Origin: Gemmatimonadota bacterium
GTDB taxonomy: Bacteria > Gemmatimonadota > Gemmatimonadetes > Palauibacterales > KS3-K002
DNA length: 64,000 nt
Assembly (NCBI GenBank): GCA_039586795.1
Contig: JBDHJS010000013.1
Span: 13,981-77,980, forward strand
Reading direction: 5' to 3'
A program made the position numbers and the translations under genes. Shown piece by piece: positions 1 to 9,030 of this stretch. Within the stretch, counting starts at the first letter, position 1; each line of letters begins with the position of its first letter. A model generated the notes under the pieces. The model did no database searches. It was not told where the DNA came from and saw only the letters and a program-made list of their open reading frames with translations.

Positions 1-232
1 TGACCGGGAACTGACGCTTCACCTCGTTCCAGTACGCTTCATCCCCCGGGTCCGTCGGGTCCGTTCTCGCCGCGATGGCATCGAAGGACTCGCCGCGCCG
101 CTCCGCGTCGGCGCACCCCAGCAAGGGCAGCGACGCGGTGGCGGCCGCGGCGCCGGCGAACTTCTTCAGGAATGACCTGCGTGGAAGGCCTGATACGTCG
201 TCCGGAAAGTTCAGGATCGTTTTCGGATACAT
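1..232 (-). CDS. N-terminal fragment of a Tat-signal (twin-arginine) exported protein; gene runs off the window start
   Basis: Reverse strand from ATG 230-232 reads MYPKTILNFPDDVSGLPRRSFLKKFAGAAAATASLPLLGCADAERRGESFDAIAARTDPTDPGDEAYWNEVKRQFPV with no stop before position 1. S-R-R-x-F-L-K is the Tat consensus. The DEAYWNEVKRQFP stretch weakly resembles N-termini of Tat-exported class-V aminotransferase-fold enzymes. Absent from the ORF track because it has no stop in the window. Confidence 0.45.
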   Translation of the reverse strand, partial: MYPKTILNFPDDVSGLPRRSFLKKFAGAAAATASLPLLGCADAERRGESFDAIAARTDPTDPGDEAYWNEVKRQFPV

Positions 233-259
233 GATAACCCTCTACCGCGTGGACCTGAG

Positions 260-2077
260 CTAGATCGCGTCCCGCAACCGATCTTCCTCCGCGCGGAGCC
301 AATCGAGCAACTCGCGGAAGTCGGGATGGTCGCGCAGGTCCTGCAAGAAGTCATCTCGTTCGTAATAGGGCAGGCACGGGAATCCGTTGACGGCAGCCTG
401 GCTCAGCCATTCGACGGCGATGTCGTGTTCACCTAGCAGTGCGTAGGCGACACCAACGTTGTATTCGATGTGATGCGCGTGGCCAAATGCGGCCCGGCCC
501 GCCAACGCGATCTGGGCCTTCTGTTCAGCGGCGCCACCGTCACCCTCTACGGCGTAAGCGATCGCGAGCACACCGTTCAGAACCGGGTCATTCTCTCCGA
601 ATTCTCCGGAGCTTGCGGCCTCAACGAGACGCATGGCTTCATCTGTTCTGCCAAGACGGAGCAACGCCTCTGCCGCATACGGTGAAGCCCAGGTCGGAAG
701 AGGCTCGAAGGCAACGTACGCACTGTCGAACTCCCCCCTCCACAGCAAGATCAGGCCGCGTCTGAACTGCGCGTACACGCTCAGCGGGTCTAGAGACTGC
801 GCTATCAGCGTCTCCTCCAGAGCTTCGTCCAGCAGGCCCACGTGACTGTAGATCACCGCGAGGTCGTCGTGGGTGTCGCTCAAGTTCGGATTGAGAGCTA
901 TTGCCCGCTTCAGATCTCTTGCGGACTCGACGTGGAGGAATCCGAACAGGGATGACCACAAAACATCTCCGCGGGCGGCGTAAGCCTCCGCCAGGCCCGG
1001 ATCCAGAGCGAGCGCTCTCTCGCTGGCCGCCAGCGCTTTGTGGAGCCATTCCTCAGAGCCCTCGATCGTCGTGCCCTGTTCCTCGTACACACGAGCCAGG
1101 ACCGCATGCGCCAGAGCGAAATCGGGGTCAAGTTCGATGGCCAGCTCTAGGTAGGCCATCGCCGAATCCTGGCTTTGGAGGGTGAGGTGGCGGGAGTAGG
1201 CCAGGCCGCGCAGATAAGCGTCATACGCCTGCTGGCTAGTGGTCAGCCGCTGCTCGATTCGTTCCACTTCGTCCGACGTCAGAGTTGCCTCGAGCGCCTC
1301 GGCCACTTTCAAAGCGACTTCGCTCTGCACACCCAGCAGGTTCTCGACCGTCAGCGGTCGATCGTAGCTTTCGGCCCAAACGTGCTCGTCGCTCCGAGCG
1401 TCGACGAGCTGGACGTTGATACGCACCGTCCCGCCCGCCCGCTGCACACCGCCTTCGAGTATGTAGCGGACGTCGAGTTCGTTTCCGATCTGCCGGAGAG
1501 TCTTCTGCGTTGCGCGGTATTGCATAACCGAGGTGCGGCCTCTCACGCTCAAGCTGCTGATCTTGAAGAGTCGCGTGAGTATCTCGTCGTGCATACCATC
1601 GGTGAAGTACTCGTCTTCCTGAAGCCCACTCCTGTTCTCCAGCGGGAGCACCGCAACAGAGGGGCGCTCCTCGCTGACCGGTGGCGTCCCGCCCGCACCG
1701 CCGAGCACGAGCCACGCCGTCGCCACCACTCCCCAGACGGCCAGCGCAGCCATGAAGCTCAGTCCCGCATTGCGCCAGGTAAGCAGTCGCCGTTTTCGTG
1801 CTGCTGAAGAGTCGCCTTCCTCCACAGGTATGAGCGTTGGATCGGAGACGACCACATCCGGTTCGCCCTCCCGCACGAACGCTGTCGCAACCACGATCGG
1901 CAAGCCGACCAGCAACAGCAGGGCGGCAAACGCAGGGAACCACTGCGGTAGCCCGAGCCCCTCCGTCACCGTCTGTACGACCTCGAACACGAGCCACCCA
2001 CCGCCGATATAGATCAGCAGCACCTGCCAGAGGCTGCGTCGATGAATTTCAGTGATCAGCTTCTTCAGACCGGACAT
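260..2077 (-). CDS. TPR-repeat protein with N-terminal membrane anchor
   Basis: 605-aa ORF. N-terminal hydrophobic segment WQVLLIYIGGGWLVFEVV and a second TM near aa 100, followed by a long array of TPR-like helical repeats (AYLELAIELDPDFALAHAVLARVY, ALALDPGLAEAYAARG...). The stop lies 27 nt before the start of the next minus-strand gene. Confidence 0.8.
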   Translation of the reverse strand: MSGLKKLITEIHRRSLWQVLLIYIGGGWLVFEVVQTVTEGLGLPQWFPAFAALLLLVGLPIVVATAFVREGEPDVVVSDPTLIPVEEGDSSAARKRRLLTWRNAGLSFMAALAVWGVVATAWLVLGGAGGTPPVSEERPSVAVLPLENRSGLQEDEYFTDGMHDEILTRLFKISSLSVRGRTSVMQYRATQKTLRQIGNELDVRYILEGGVQRAGGTVRINVQLVDARSDEHVWAESYDRPLTVENLLGVQSEVALKVAEALEATLTSDEVERIEQRLTTSQQAYDAYLRGLAYSRHLTLQSQDSAMAYLELAIELDPDFALAHAVLARVYEEQGTTIEGSEEWLHKALAASERALALDPGLAEAYAARGDVLWSSLFGFLHVESARDLKRAIALNPNLSDTHDDLAVIYSHVGLLDEALEETLIAQSLDPLSVYAQFRRGLILLWRGEFDSAYVAFEPLPTWASPYAAEALLRLGRTDEAMRLVEAASSGEFGENDPVLNGVLAIAYAVEGDGGAAEQKAQIALAGRAAFGHAHHIEYNVGVAYALLGEHDIAVEWLSQAAVNGFPCLPYYERDDFLQDLRDHPDFRELLDWLRAEEDRLRDAI

Positions 2078-2219
2078 GGGGCTGCATATCTGGTGACAGG
2101 ATTCTTTCGGCTGGCAACAAGATGCTACTCAGACAAGTACCGAGCAACGAGCGGAGGAACTCGCGTTGAAGGAGCCGCCTGCGTCTGGGTGCGGGAGTCT
2201 CTTCCGTTGACCGAATCGA

Positions 2220-4181
2220 CTAGCGACCCGTTTCGGCTGTGGCGTAGTCCAGATCGAAGGTCGATACGATCAGATAATGGTCAGAGGGAAAACCAGCCGG
2301 CCATGTCGATACGATCCGCGTCGACGTGTTTGTGAGTCCTGCGCCCTTGTAGTAAAACTGGTCGATCCTGTTGCCGCTTCGGTGAGTATGCCCTGGATAG
2401 ACCGCGACGTCAGGGTGTAGGCTTCGGAATGCGTCCGTAAATCCGGTGTTCAACAGCGCCAGCGAGGCCGGACTGTCTCCGTTATCCGTATGCGGGACCG
2501 CATTGAAGTCGCCGGCAAACAAGACCGGAATGCTATCCGACTCCAGGAACCGGGTCTGGTGAAACTCGAACACCGCCGGGAACTGCCGCATGCCGTACCA
2601 GTTCGACATCACGTACATGTCCTGTGTCTCGCTGATCGCTACCTTCGCCGCGAGGTTCATGAACGGTGATTCATCCTGGACATATATCTCTTTGATCGGA
2701 TAACGACTCAGCACGGAGATGTTGGATCCCTGGTTTAGGTAATCCCAGTCAACCGTCGTCGCGAAGTAGAAGCCCAATTCCGCGGCGATGAAGTCGCCTG
2801 AAGAATACGTCTCCTGCATCATCACTACGTCTGCGCCTTCCCTGCGGAGAATCTCGGCAATCGCGACCCTCGAATCCCAGCCGTGCTCATCTATGGAAAA
2901 GTGCTTACCGCCATGCCAGATGTTCCAGCAGCCTGCCGTTATTGAGGTGAGCTCCCGTCCGAGTTTGGCTACAGCGGGAACGAAGTGTTCAGAATAGGCT
3001 TCCAGCACTTCCTGAGGTGAGAGCGCACGATCCCATATCGCCAGGTTGTCCATGTCAAACTCGGGCGCGTACAACCTCTCAGCTTCCCCAAATCCTCCTG
3101 CGGCGCTCCGATTCACGGTCACCTTACCATCCTCGAGAGCGTAGATCTTCATCAGCGGTGCGACTGCCATGAAGTACAACACCTGATGCACCGTGTACGG
3201 ATTGGACATCAGTGCGTCTTCCAGTTGCTCGATCGGTTCCCAATCCACCGAATCCATGGCTTCACGAAACTCGAGGCTGTCTGCGCCGAGACGTTGGATC
3301 CTTTCAGTCACCTTTTGATCGAACAAGCGACGGGGATCGACGACCAGATGAACGAACTCATCAGAGTCGATTTCATCCAGGCCAAGCCCATTGAAGGCGT
3401 CAACCAGTGCCTGCAGCTGTACCGCACCCGTTTCAACGAGCGGGAGAACTGCCGGTTGTGGGCCGGCAGCCGCCCCATCCCACCCAACCACCATCGGATT
3501 CGGGTTCCGGAAGTCAAAGCCATCCGAGTCGCGCACGTTGTATGTAACCTTGTTGTCCCCGTCATAGAACAGACGGATTGTCGACTGTGCGCTGCTGTAG
3601 GTCATCGTCAGCTGATGCCACCGGCCATCGTTCAGCGGCATATACTTGCCGTTGTCCCGTTCGTAGGTGATTCGCCGCTCCCCGGAACCCAGGTTCCACG
3701 CCCAGGTGCCACCCGAGAAGTAGAACACCCACCCGGGCCGTTTTTGGGAGGCGAGGCTGTTGTCGACAAACTCCTTCTGCGACAGCAGCACAAACCTCCT
3801 GTCATCATCCGTCACGGTTCTCAACCAGAACTGAACGGAGAAGTCCCGGCTGCCATCGAACGGAAGTTCTTGGTTGTCGAAGGTCAGGAATCCCGACTGA
3901 TCATCATCCCCCAGACTAAGCGCCAGCCCGTCGAGGCCCCGCCCGAAAGAAACGGGCCCACCAACGATCTCCAAAGGTGAAGTGCCAGTAGCACTGCTCA
4001 CCGTACCGTCAAAATCAAATTGGACGACTGCATCTGATTCGGACTGTGGCTCGGCGGCTTGCATCGTCGCGCCCATTTGGGGAACAACGAGCGAACTTGC
4101 GTATAGGTGGAACGACTTGACCGCCAAAAGATGGAAGCCACCAGAGAATAGGAGCGCTACTGTCAGTGTCTTACGGCCCAT
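2220..4181 (-). CDS. secreted LamG (concanavalin A-like) + endonuclease/exonuclease/phosphatase (EEP) family protein
   Basis: Start moved to the internal M of MGRKTLTVALLFSGG (signal peptide). The C-terminal ~300 aa carry EEP signatures (VVMMQETY, FAGDFNAVPH, SDHYLIVSTFDLDY). The N-terminal half is a beta-rich LamG-like region. Confidence 0.8.
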   Translation of the reverse strand: MGRKTLTVALLFSGGFHLLAVKSFHLYASSLVVPQMGATMQAAEPQSESDAVVQFDFDGTVSSATGTSPLEIVGGPVSFGRGLDGLALSLGDDDQSGFLTFDNQELPFDGSRDFSVQFWLRTVTDDDRRFVLLSQKEFVDNSLASQKRPGWVFYFSGGTWAWNLGSGERRITYERDNGKYMPLNDGRWHQLTMTYSSAQSTIRLFYDGDNKVTYNVRDSDGFDFRNPNPMVVGWDGAAAGPQPAVLPLVETGAVQLQALVDAFNGLGLDEIDSDEFVHLVVDPRRLFDQKVTERIQRLGADSLEFREAMDSVDWEPIEQLEDALMSNPYTVHQVLYFMAVAPLMKIYALEDGKVTVNRSAAGGFGEAERLYAPEFDMDNLAIWDRALSPQEVLEAYSEHFVPAVAKLGRELTSITAGCWNIWHGGKHFSIDEHGWDSRVAIAEILRREGADVVMMQETYSSGDFIAAELGFYFATTVDWDYLNQGSNISVLSRYPIKEIYVQDESPFMNLAAKVAISETQDMYVMSNWYGMRQFPAVFEFHQTRFLESDSIPVLFAGDFNAVPHTDNGDSPASLALLNTGFTDAFRSLHPDVAVYPGHTHRSGNRIDQFYYKGAGLTNTSTRIVSTWPAGFPSDHYLIVSTFDLDYATAETGR

Positions 4182-4365
4182 AACCTGGATCCTGGTTCCA
4201 AGAACTTTGATCAAACGAACGAGGAGTGGTCCTGGGAACCTAGATCTCCGGATCCACTGGGCAACTCGAGTCGACACCGAGGGCATCGTCCTGCGGAAGT
4301 TGGACGCGGAGGCGATATCACGAAGACCGCCTCCGCATCCCAAGGGCAAGCGCCTGGAGCAGCCT

Positions 4366-5535
4366 CTACTTGATCACCTGGATGCTCCCCGCTTCGATGT
4401 CATGAAGCTCCAAACCGGTGGGCGTGTTCGCACAGGAGAAGAACTCCGCGTCGGCAGGCCACCCGATCGACTGAAGACTGATCTGGTCCGGCGGACCCCA
4501 TCGCCCTGAACCATTGTCTCTGACCCTCCAACGAACGGCGTTGTCGGGAGGCTCACTGTACGGCCCAGAGGTCGCATATCCCCCGATCCAGGCCTCATCC
4601 CCTACAATGGTGATGCAGGTGACCACGCCGCGACTCGCTATGGTCCCCTCCGCATCGTCCCGATTCACGCGCACCCACGTACCATCAACCATCCCGTTTG
4701 CGTGCCGGCGCGCCGAGAAGCTGAATGTACGCCAGCCGTCGGGCTCTGGATACGTAAACGACCCGCTGCCCGCCACGGACTCGATGACGCGGCCCGGATT
4801 GCTCACCCTCGTCCGCTTGATGCGGAACTTGCCGTGCTGGTGGTTGGTGAACGTTCGTCCGTGCGGCCTGAACGTGTTCTCGAGTTCCCAGCCATCGCGT
4901 TCAACCGACTCGTAGTAGTTGGCACGCATCTGTATGGAGGCACTGCGCTCGCGGTCATCGACCACCGCAAACGTGACAACCCCGTAATCCTTGGAGTGGA
5001 AATCTGCCAGCACCGAGAAATCAATACCTACTTCGAACTCGCCGTGCAGAATACTGTTCTGGGTGTTGAAGCCGGCGGCGCGGCGAATCTCACCGTCCTC
5101 GACGCCCTCCGCGATGTGGATCACGACTTCTTCGTCTTGGCACGCTTTCTCGATTCCCCACCAATTGCATTCCTCTCCTTCTCCCCACCAAAGCGGGCCG
5201 ATCGTCTTGCCCGCAAAATCGTCGGACAGTTCGCCGCCATCGATATCGCCCGAGGCATAGAAGTTGTCGAAACTGGCGTCGAAGGAAGGGTAGTTGAGCC
5301 AGTTGGAGGCGACCAGCACGACTCGTAGATCCTGCTCGAGATACGCCGCATTCCACCAGCCGTGCTCGATCCAATCACTTCCGTCCCAATAGTACGTGGT
5401 GATAATCCAGGACTCGTTTCCGATGGCGTCGATGTTCGGGGTGACCGATGTGGGCCCGGACACCGGGTCTTCCTGATTGCACGCCACCACTAGAGCTAGG
5501 GCGAGTAGTACAGAGACAACGGGTACTCTACGCAT
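4366..5535 (-). CDS. hypothetical lipoprotein (Trp/Gly/Asp-rich beta protein)
   Basis: Start taken at MRRVPVVSVLLALALVVAC, a lipobox with Cys. No recognisable catalytic motif. Codon usage is coding-like. Confidence 0.65.
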   Translation of the reverse strand: MRRVPVVSVLLALALVVACNQEDPVSGPTSVTPNIDAIGNESWIITTYYWDGSDWIEHGWWNAAYLEQDLRVVLVASNWLNYPSFDASFDNFYASGDIDGGELSDDFAGKTIGPLWWGEGEECNWWGIEKACQDEEVVIHIAEGVEDGEIRRAAGFNTQNSILHGEFEVGIDFSVLADFHSKDYGVVTFAVVDDRERSASIQMRANYYESVERDGWELENTFRPHGRTFTNHQHGKFRIKRTRVSNPGRVIESVAGSGSFTYPEPDGWRTFSFSARRHANGMVDGTWVRVNRDDAEGTIASRGVVTCITIVGDEAWIGGYATSGPYSEPPDNAVRWRVRDNGSGRWGPPDQISLQSIGWPADAEFFSCANTPTGLELHDIEAGSIQVIK

Positions 5536-5961
5536 TTGACAGCGCTCCTGCCGATAGCACCCAGGAGTCATGGTGCTCTTTGCTCGGCCTTAGTTACAGA
5601 GTCTCAAACAATCCCGACACGACCGCCCTTACTCTCGGAGGCGGAGCGCGATCCCAGACCGCGTATCCCTTGAATTCTTGGACATGAAAAGAAGAACAAC
5701 TACTGGAGTGCGGACCCAACCAGAATCTGCGGAAGCCACCTACAGCCGATACTACCAAAAGAGATCCTCTGTCTGTCAGCGAAACGATCGTGCCGACTAT
5801 CGTGCTTTCAGAAGAGTCTACTCAAATATCGCTGAAAGTGATTGAAGGTAGTGTGAAGTTGTGAGAGGTCAATCGATCGGTACCCGAAGAACCCTACCAA
5901 TAATCGCTATTCGTTTTCCGTGTGAGACCCCCAACCGCGACGGCAACGGAAGACCTGCTCA

Positions 5962-6786
5962 TCAGATAGCGACCCTAAACAGACCGCGAAGGGCGAACGC
6001 GGCGATCATGGTCAAGATGAAGAAGACGACGAGCCAGTGCGTCTCCCAACCGAATAAGCTCACCTCGGCTTCAGGATATCCGACCGCGATCGACTCGATT
6101 GGGCCAGGCGGAAGCGGCGGTTCGACGGGATAGAGTACCTGGCTGAGCAGCCCTCCGGATGGACGAACCACAGACCGTCGTACGACGGAGTTTGACACCT
6201 GCACGGACTTATCTAGCTCCGCGTCGCCCAGCCGGATGCTAAGCCGGTAGGTCCCCGGCCGCTGAGCACGGATGCGCCAGTCCGCTTCGTTGAGCGAGGG
6301 AATCCAGAGAAGCGGAGTCTCGACCGTGACGTCCGAGGGAGCATCGAGCTCGAGAGGCGGCGACTCTCCGGCCGTCCGGTCGGCATTCAACTTGACGGTG
6401 ACGATCGCTTCGCTTCCCACCTCCAGGCCCTGGTATCCGTAGCGGTACTGCAGCTGAACGATGACAAGCAGAAGAGGGATGCTCATCCAAAGCAACGGGA
6501 CCAGCGTTAGCCGCATGTAGCGGAGGCTATGCCGGACGATCCCCATCTGGGCACTCAGCATGGTCCTCGGGTCGTCGCTAAAGAGCCGAATCTCGAAGAT
6601 CCCGGCGTGCATCTGACGCTTGGCGGCAGCGAGCGCTTTCTGATCCGATGTGGCTTTGAAGATGAGGAGCACTGCAACTGCCGTGATGACGGACATCACA
6701 GTCAGGCCCACGACGGGCGGGAGATCGCGAAAGGGATAGAGCAGCACGTCGAACGTGCCGCTAACCAGAGCATTCAGGATACTCAT
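5962..6786 (-). CDS. hypothetical integral membrane protein (3 TM plus a periplasmic beta domain)
   Basis: 274 aa with hydrophobic helices at the N-terminus, mid-protein (LVPLLWMSIPLLLVIV) and C-terminus (WLVVFFILTMIAAFAL). Tightly spaced downstream of the RHH gene. Confidence 0.6.
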   Translation of the reverse strand: MSILNALVSGTFDVLLYPFRDLPPVVGLTVMSVITAVAVLLIFKATSDQKALAAAKRQMHAGIFEIRLFSDDPRTMLSAQMGIVRHSLRYMRLTLVPLLWMSIPLLLVIVQLQYRYGYQGLEVGSEAIVTVKLNADRTAGESPPLELDAPSDVTVETPLLWIPSLNEADWRIRAQRPGTYRLSIRLGDAELDKSVQVSNSVVRRSVVRPSGGLLSQVLYPVEPPLPPGPIESIAVGYPEAEVSLFGWETHWLVVFFILTMIAAFALRGLFRVAI

Positions 6787-6805
6787 TCAGGCTATCCTCG
6801 GAACG

Positions 6806-6997
6806 TCAGGATATGTACCCCAATCCTTGGAGGCGCTTTCTGATCTCCTCCTCGGAGTCGGCCTCCTCGAGATGCGCCAGCTCCTTCTCTAGGGCGTGAG
6901 TGATGAACTCCTCGACCGACGAGTATCCGGCTATGTCCGCGTAGCGCTTGACTCTCGTCAAGAGATTCTTGTCTAGCTTGACCTTCGACCCGAACAT
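6806..6997 (-). CDS. small ribbon-helix-helix (RHH, CopG/Arc-like) DNA-binding protein with acidic tail
   Basis: 63 aa. KVKLDKNLLTRVKRYADIAGYSSVEEFITHALEKEL fits the RHH beta-alpha-alpha pattern (alternating hydrophobics in the strand, G-x-S/T-x-x-E helix cap). It sits as the first gene of a same-strand gene string. Confidence 0.5.
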   Translation of the reverse strand: MFGSKVKLDKNLLTRVKRYADIAGYSSVEEFITHALEKELAHLEEADSEEEIRKRLQGLGYIS

Positions 6998-7014
6998 CGT
7001 ACTACCTCCTAGTC

Positions 7015-9030
7015 TTATCTACTTTCCGCGGCAGGAGATTCATCTTCACGGGGGAAGCCCTCGATCCCAAACTCTGCGAGCACCGCCGCGGCCATTTCTC
7101 TAAGTGACTCAACCTCCAGGCGAAGCGGGCGGTTCGTGAACAGCACACCGGGCACTGCCTCATGGTCGATCTCATGGCCCGCGCTCCACTTGCTCACGTT
7201 GTCGTAGAACAATCCGTGGGGGATCCTTCCAACGGCCGACTCATCGGAGCTGCGAAACCCTGCGGCGTAACCAACGATCATGTCCGGACCGATTCCGCGA
7301 TGTACGGTATCCCTGTAAACGCGATCACGATGGTAGACTTTGGCTATGGCCGGCTCACCGGTCTGCGGATCGGTGACCCTTAAAAGACGTCTTGAGATCT
7401 CATCGATGATCAGGGTCCGCTGCTCTCGCGGCACGATGCCAAACCGTTCACGACCCCTCAGGTTGATGTACAGGCCGTTGAGACCCAAAGCATAGGCCTG
7501 GGTGCGCGACCAGTCGACGTTGGCAAAGAACTCCGACTCGCCCTGCCGCGACGGATCTTTGAGCACCAGGTAGCCGTTCTCCTCGAGCCACGTGTTCAGG
7601 TTGAACGCGCGCCGCCAGGAGACGAAGCCGTGGTCCGACATCACGATGAGCGTGGTGTTGTCATCGATGTGCTCCAATGTCTCGCCGACGATCTCGTCTG
7701 CCTCGATATAGAGGTCTACGATCTCACCTCGATAAGGGCCATCAACGATGGGGTCGTGGGCGGGATGAGTAGAGTCCATGGCGCTCCACATCACATGCGA
7801 GACCATATCGAGATGCCCGAAGTAGTAGAAGAGCAATCCACCCTCGAAGCGCTCCAGAAGAAAGTCGTATTGTTTCCGATTCTCTGCGGCTACCATCGCG
7901 GCCTGGGCAAGAAACTCGTCATCGTCGAAGACGCCTGCGGTGAGCGCCCGAGTGTCCTCCGCCATTCCCTGGGTGTAGTAGCGTCCGGTGGCCGATGCTA
8001 GCTCGGCCGCAAAGTCGGGAGGACTCGAGATGGGCATCGCCGGGTCCAGCGGGTCCAGGTTGATCGGCGTGACGTAAAGTTGAAACTCGGGCCGGACCTG
8101 CTTGAGGTAGAAACGGCACGTACCAACCAGGCTCTTCACAAAGATCATCAGCTCGTAGTCGACCGTCAGCCACTCGCTCCACTCGCCTTCCTGAAGAACG
8201 ACCTCCTGTTCACCCAGTACGATCTTGGCTACGGGCCTGGTGGGATCGATGTAGACCGTGAAGTCGGCTTCCAGGTTACTCGATTCGGCCAAAAAGGGAT
8301 GCGCGGGACCTCGGAGGCTTCCGTTGAATACGTGATCGATGACTTCCGCTTCGTAGACGGCGCCGCCGCCGGCGATCGTCGCAGTTATCCGCTCCGGAGC
8401 GGTGGTGAAGAACGAGAACGTGCCATAGGTCCCCAGGATGTCCGGCGTACCCATTCCGCTCAGCTCGCGGCTGGCCGATCCGGATGGCGGAAAGTTGGCC
8501 GGCATGCGAACGATAGCGGTGGGGACACCGTGGTCCTCCAGCACCTCCCAAAACGGTGTGCCGTAGCGCAGCAGCTGAACGCCGCCGCCGGACAGCGGGA
8601 ACTGCCAGCGGCCCAGCTTGATGGTTCTGCCCGGCCCCTCCGTCCTCGAGGTCGACAGGTACGGTACCATCGTCGCCGGGTCCCGGTGCATGAAGTCGAA
8701 TATGCCGTGGCCGCCCGCATCGAGACCCGTGATGAATTCCGACCATGCCACCGGGCTCTGCGGAGGAATCGAGGTCCGCAGCGCTCCGAAGCGACCATCA
8801 CGGGCGAGCTGCATCAGGTTGGGTAACCGACCCTCGGACATCAGCCGCTCGGTAAGACTGTAGTCCATCCCGTCGAAACCGAGCACGATCACGCGTTTCT
8901 CTACAACAGAGGCGTCGTTCCCACAGCTCGTGCTGGCAGCGAGAACGAAGAGCATCAGGAGGCCGACCGAACGGGCACTCGCCCACCGGCGGGGAGCCGA
9001 GATCAACTCGGGACCGTACCTGCTCTTCAC
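7015..9030 (-). CDS. alkaline-phosphatase-superfamily type I phosphodiesterase / nucleotide pyrophosphatase family protein (paralog 1)
   Basis: VIVLGFDGMDYSL...SIPPQSPVAWSEFITG...HGIFDF and the later VMSDHGF motifs are typical of the PF01663 family. Probable GTG start at 9028-9030, overlapping the TGA of the upstream paralog (GTGA). The alternative ATG at 8955 gives MLFVLAASTSCGN (lipobox). Confidence 0.8.
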   Translation of the reverse strand: MKSRYGPELISAPRRWASARSVGLLMLFVLAASTSCGNDASVVEKRVIVLGFDGMDYSLTERLMSEGRLPNLMQLARDGRFGALRTSIPPQSPVAWSEFITGLDAGGHGIFDFMHRDPATMVPYLSTSRTEGPGRTIKLGRWQFPLSGGGVQLLRYGTPFWEVLEDHGVPTAIVRMPANFPPSGSASRELSGMGTPDILGTYGTFSFFTTAPERITATIAGGGAVYEAEVIDHVFNGSLRGPAHPFLAESSNLEADFTVYIDPTRPVAKIVLGEQEVVLQEGEWSEWLTVDYELMIFVKSLVGTCRFYLKQVRPEFQLYVTPINLDPLDPAMPISSPPDFAAELASATGRYYTQGMAEDTRALTAGVFDDDEFLAQAAMVAAENRKQYDFLLERFEGGLLFYYFGHLDMVSHVMWSAMDSTHPAHDPIVDGPYRGEIVDLYIEADEIVGETLEHIDDNTTLIVMSDHGFVSWRRAFNLNTWLEENGYLVLKDPSRQGESEFFANVDWSRTQAYALGLNGLYINLRGRERFGIVPREQRTLIIDEISRRLLRVTDPQTGEPAIAKVYHRDRVYRDTVHRGIGPDMIVGYAAGFRSSDESAVGRIPHGLFYDNVSKWSAGHEIDHEAVPGVLFTNRPLRLEVESLREMAAAVLAEFGIEGFPREDESPAAESR

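Noticed and set aside
39-302. 87-aa minus-strand ORF and 62-aa plus-strand ORF at the window start
   Set aside because: Both are off-frame relative to the Tat-signal N-terminus that reads cleanly from ATG 230-232. Arg/Gly-rich artefacts.
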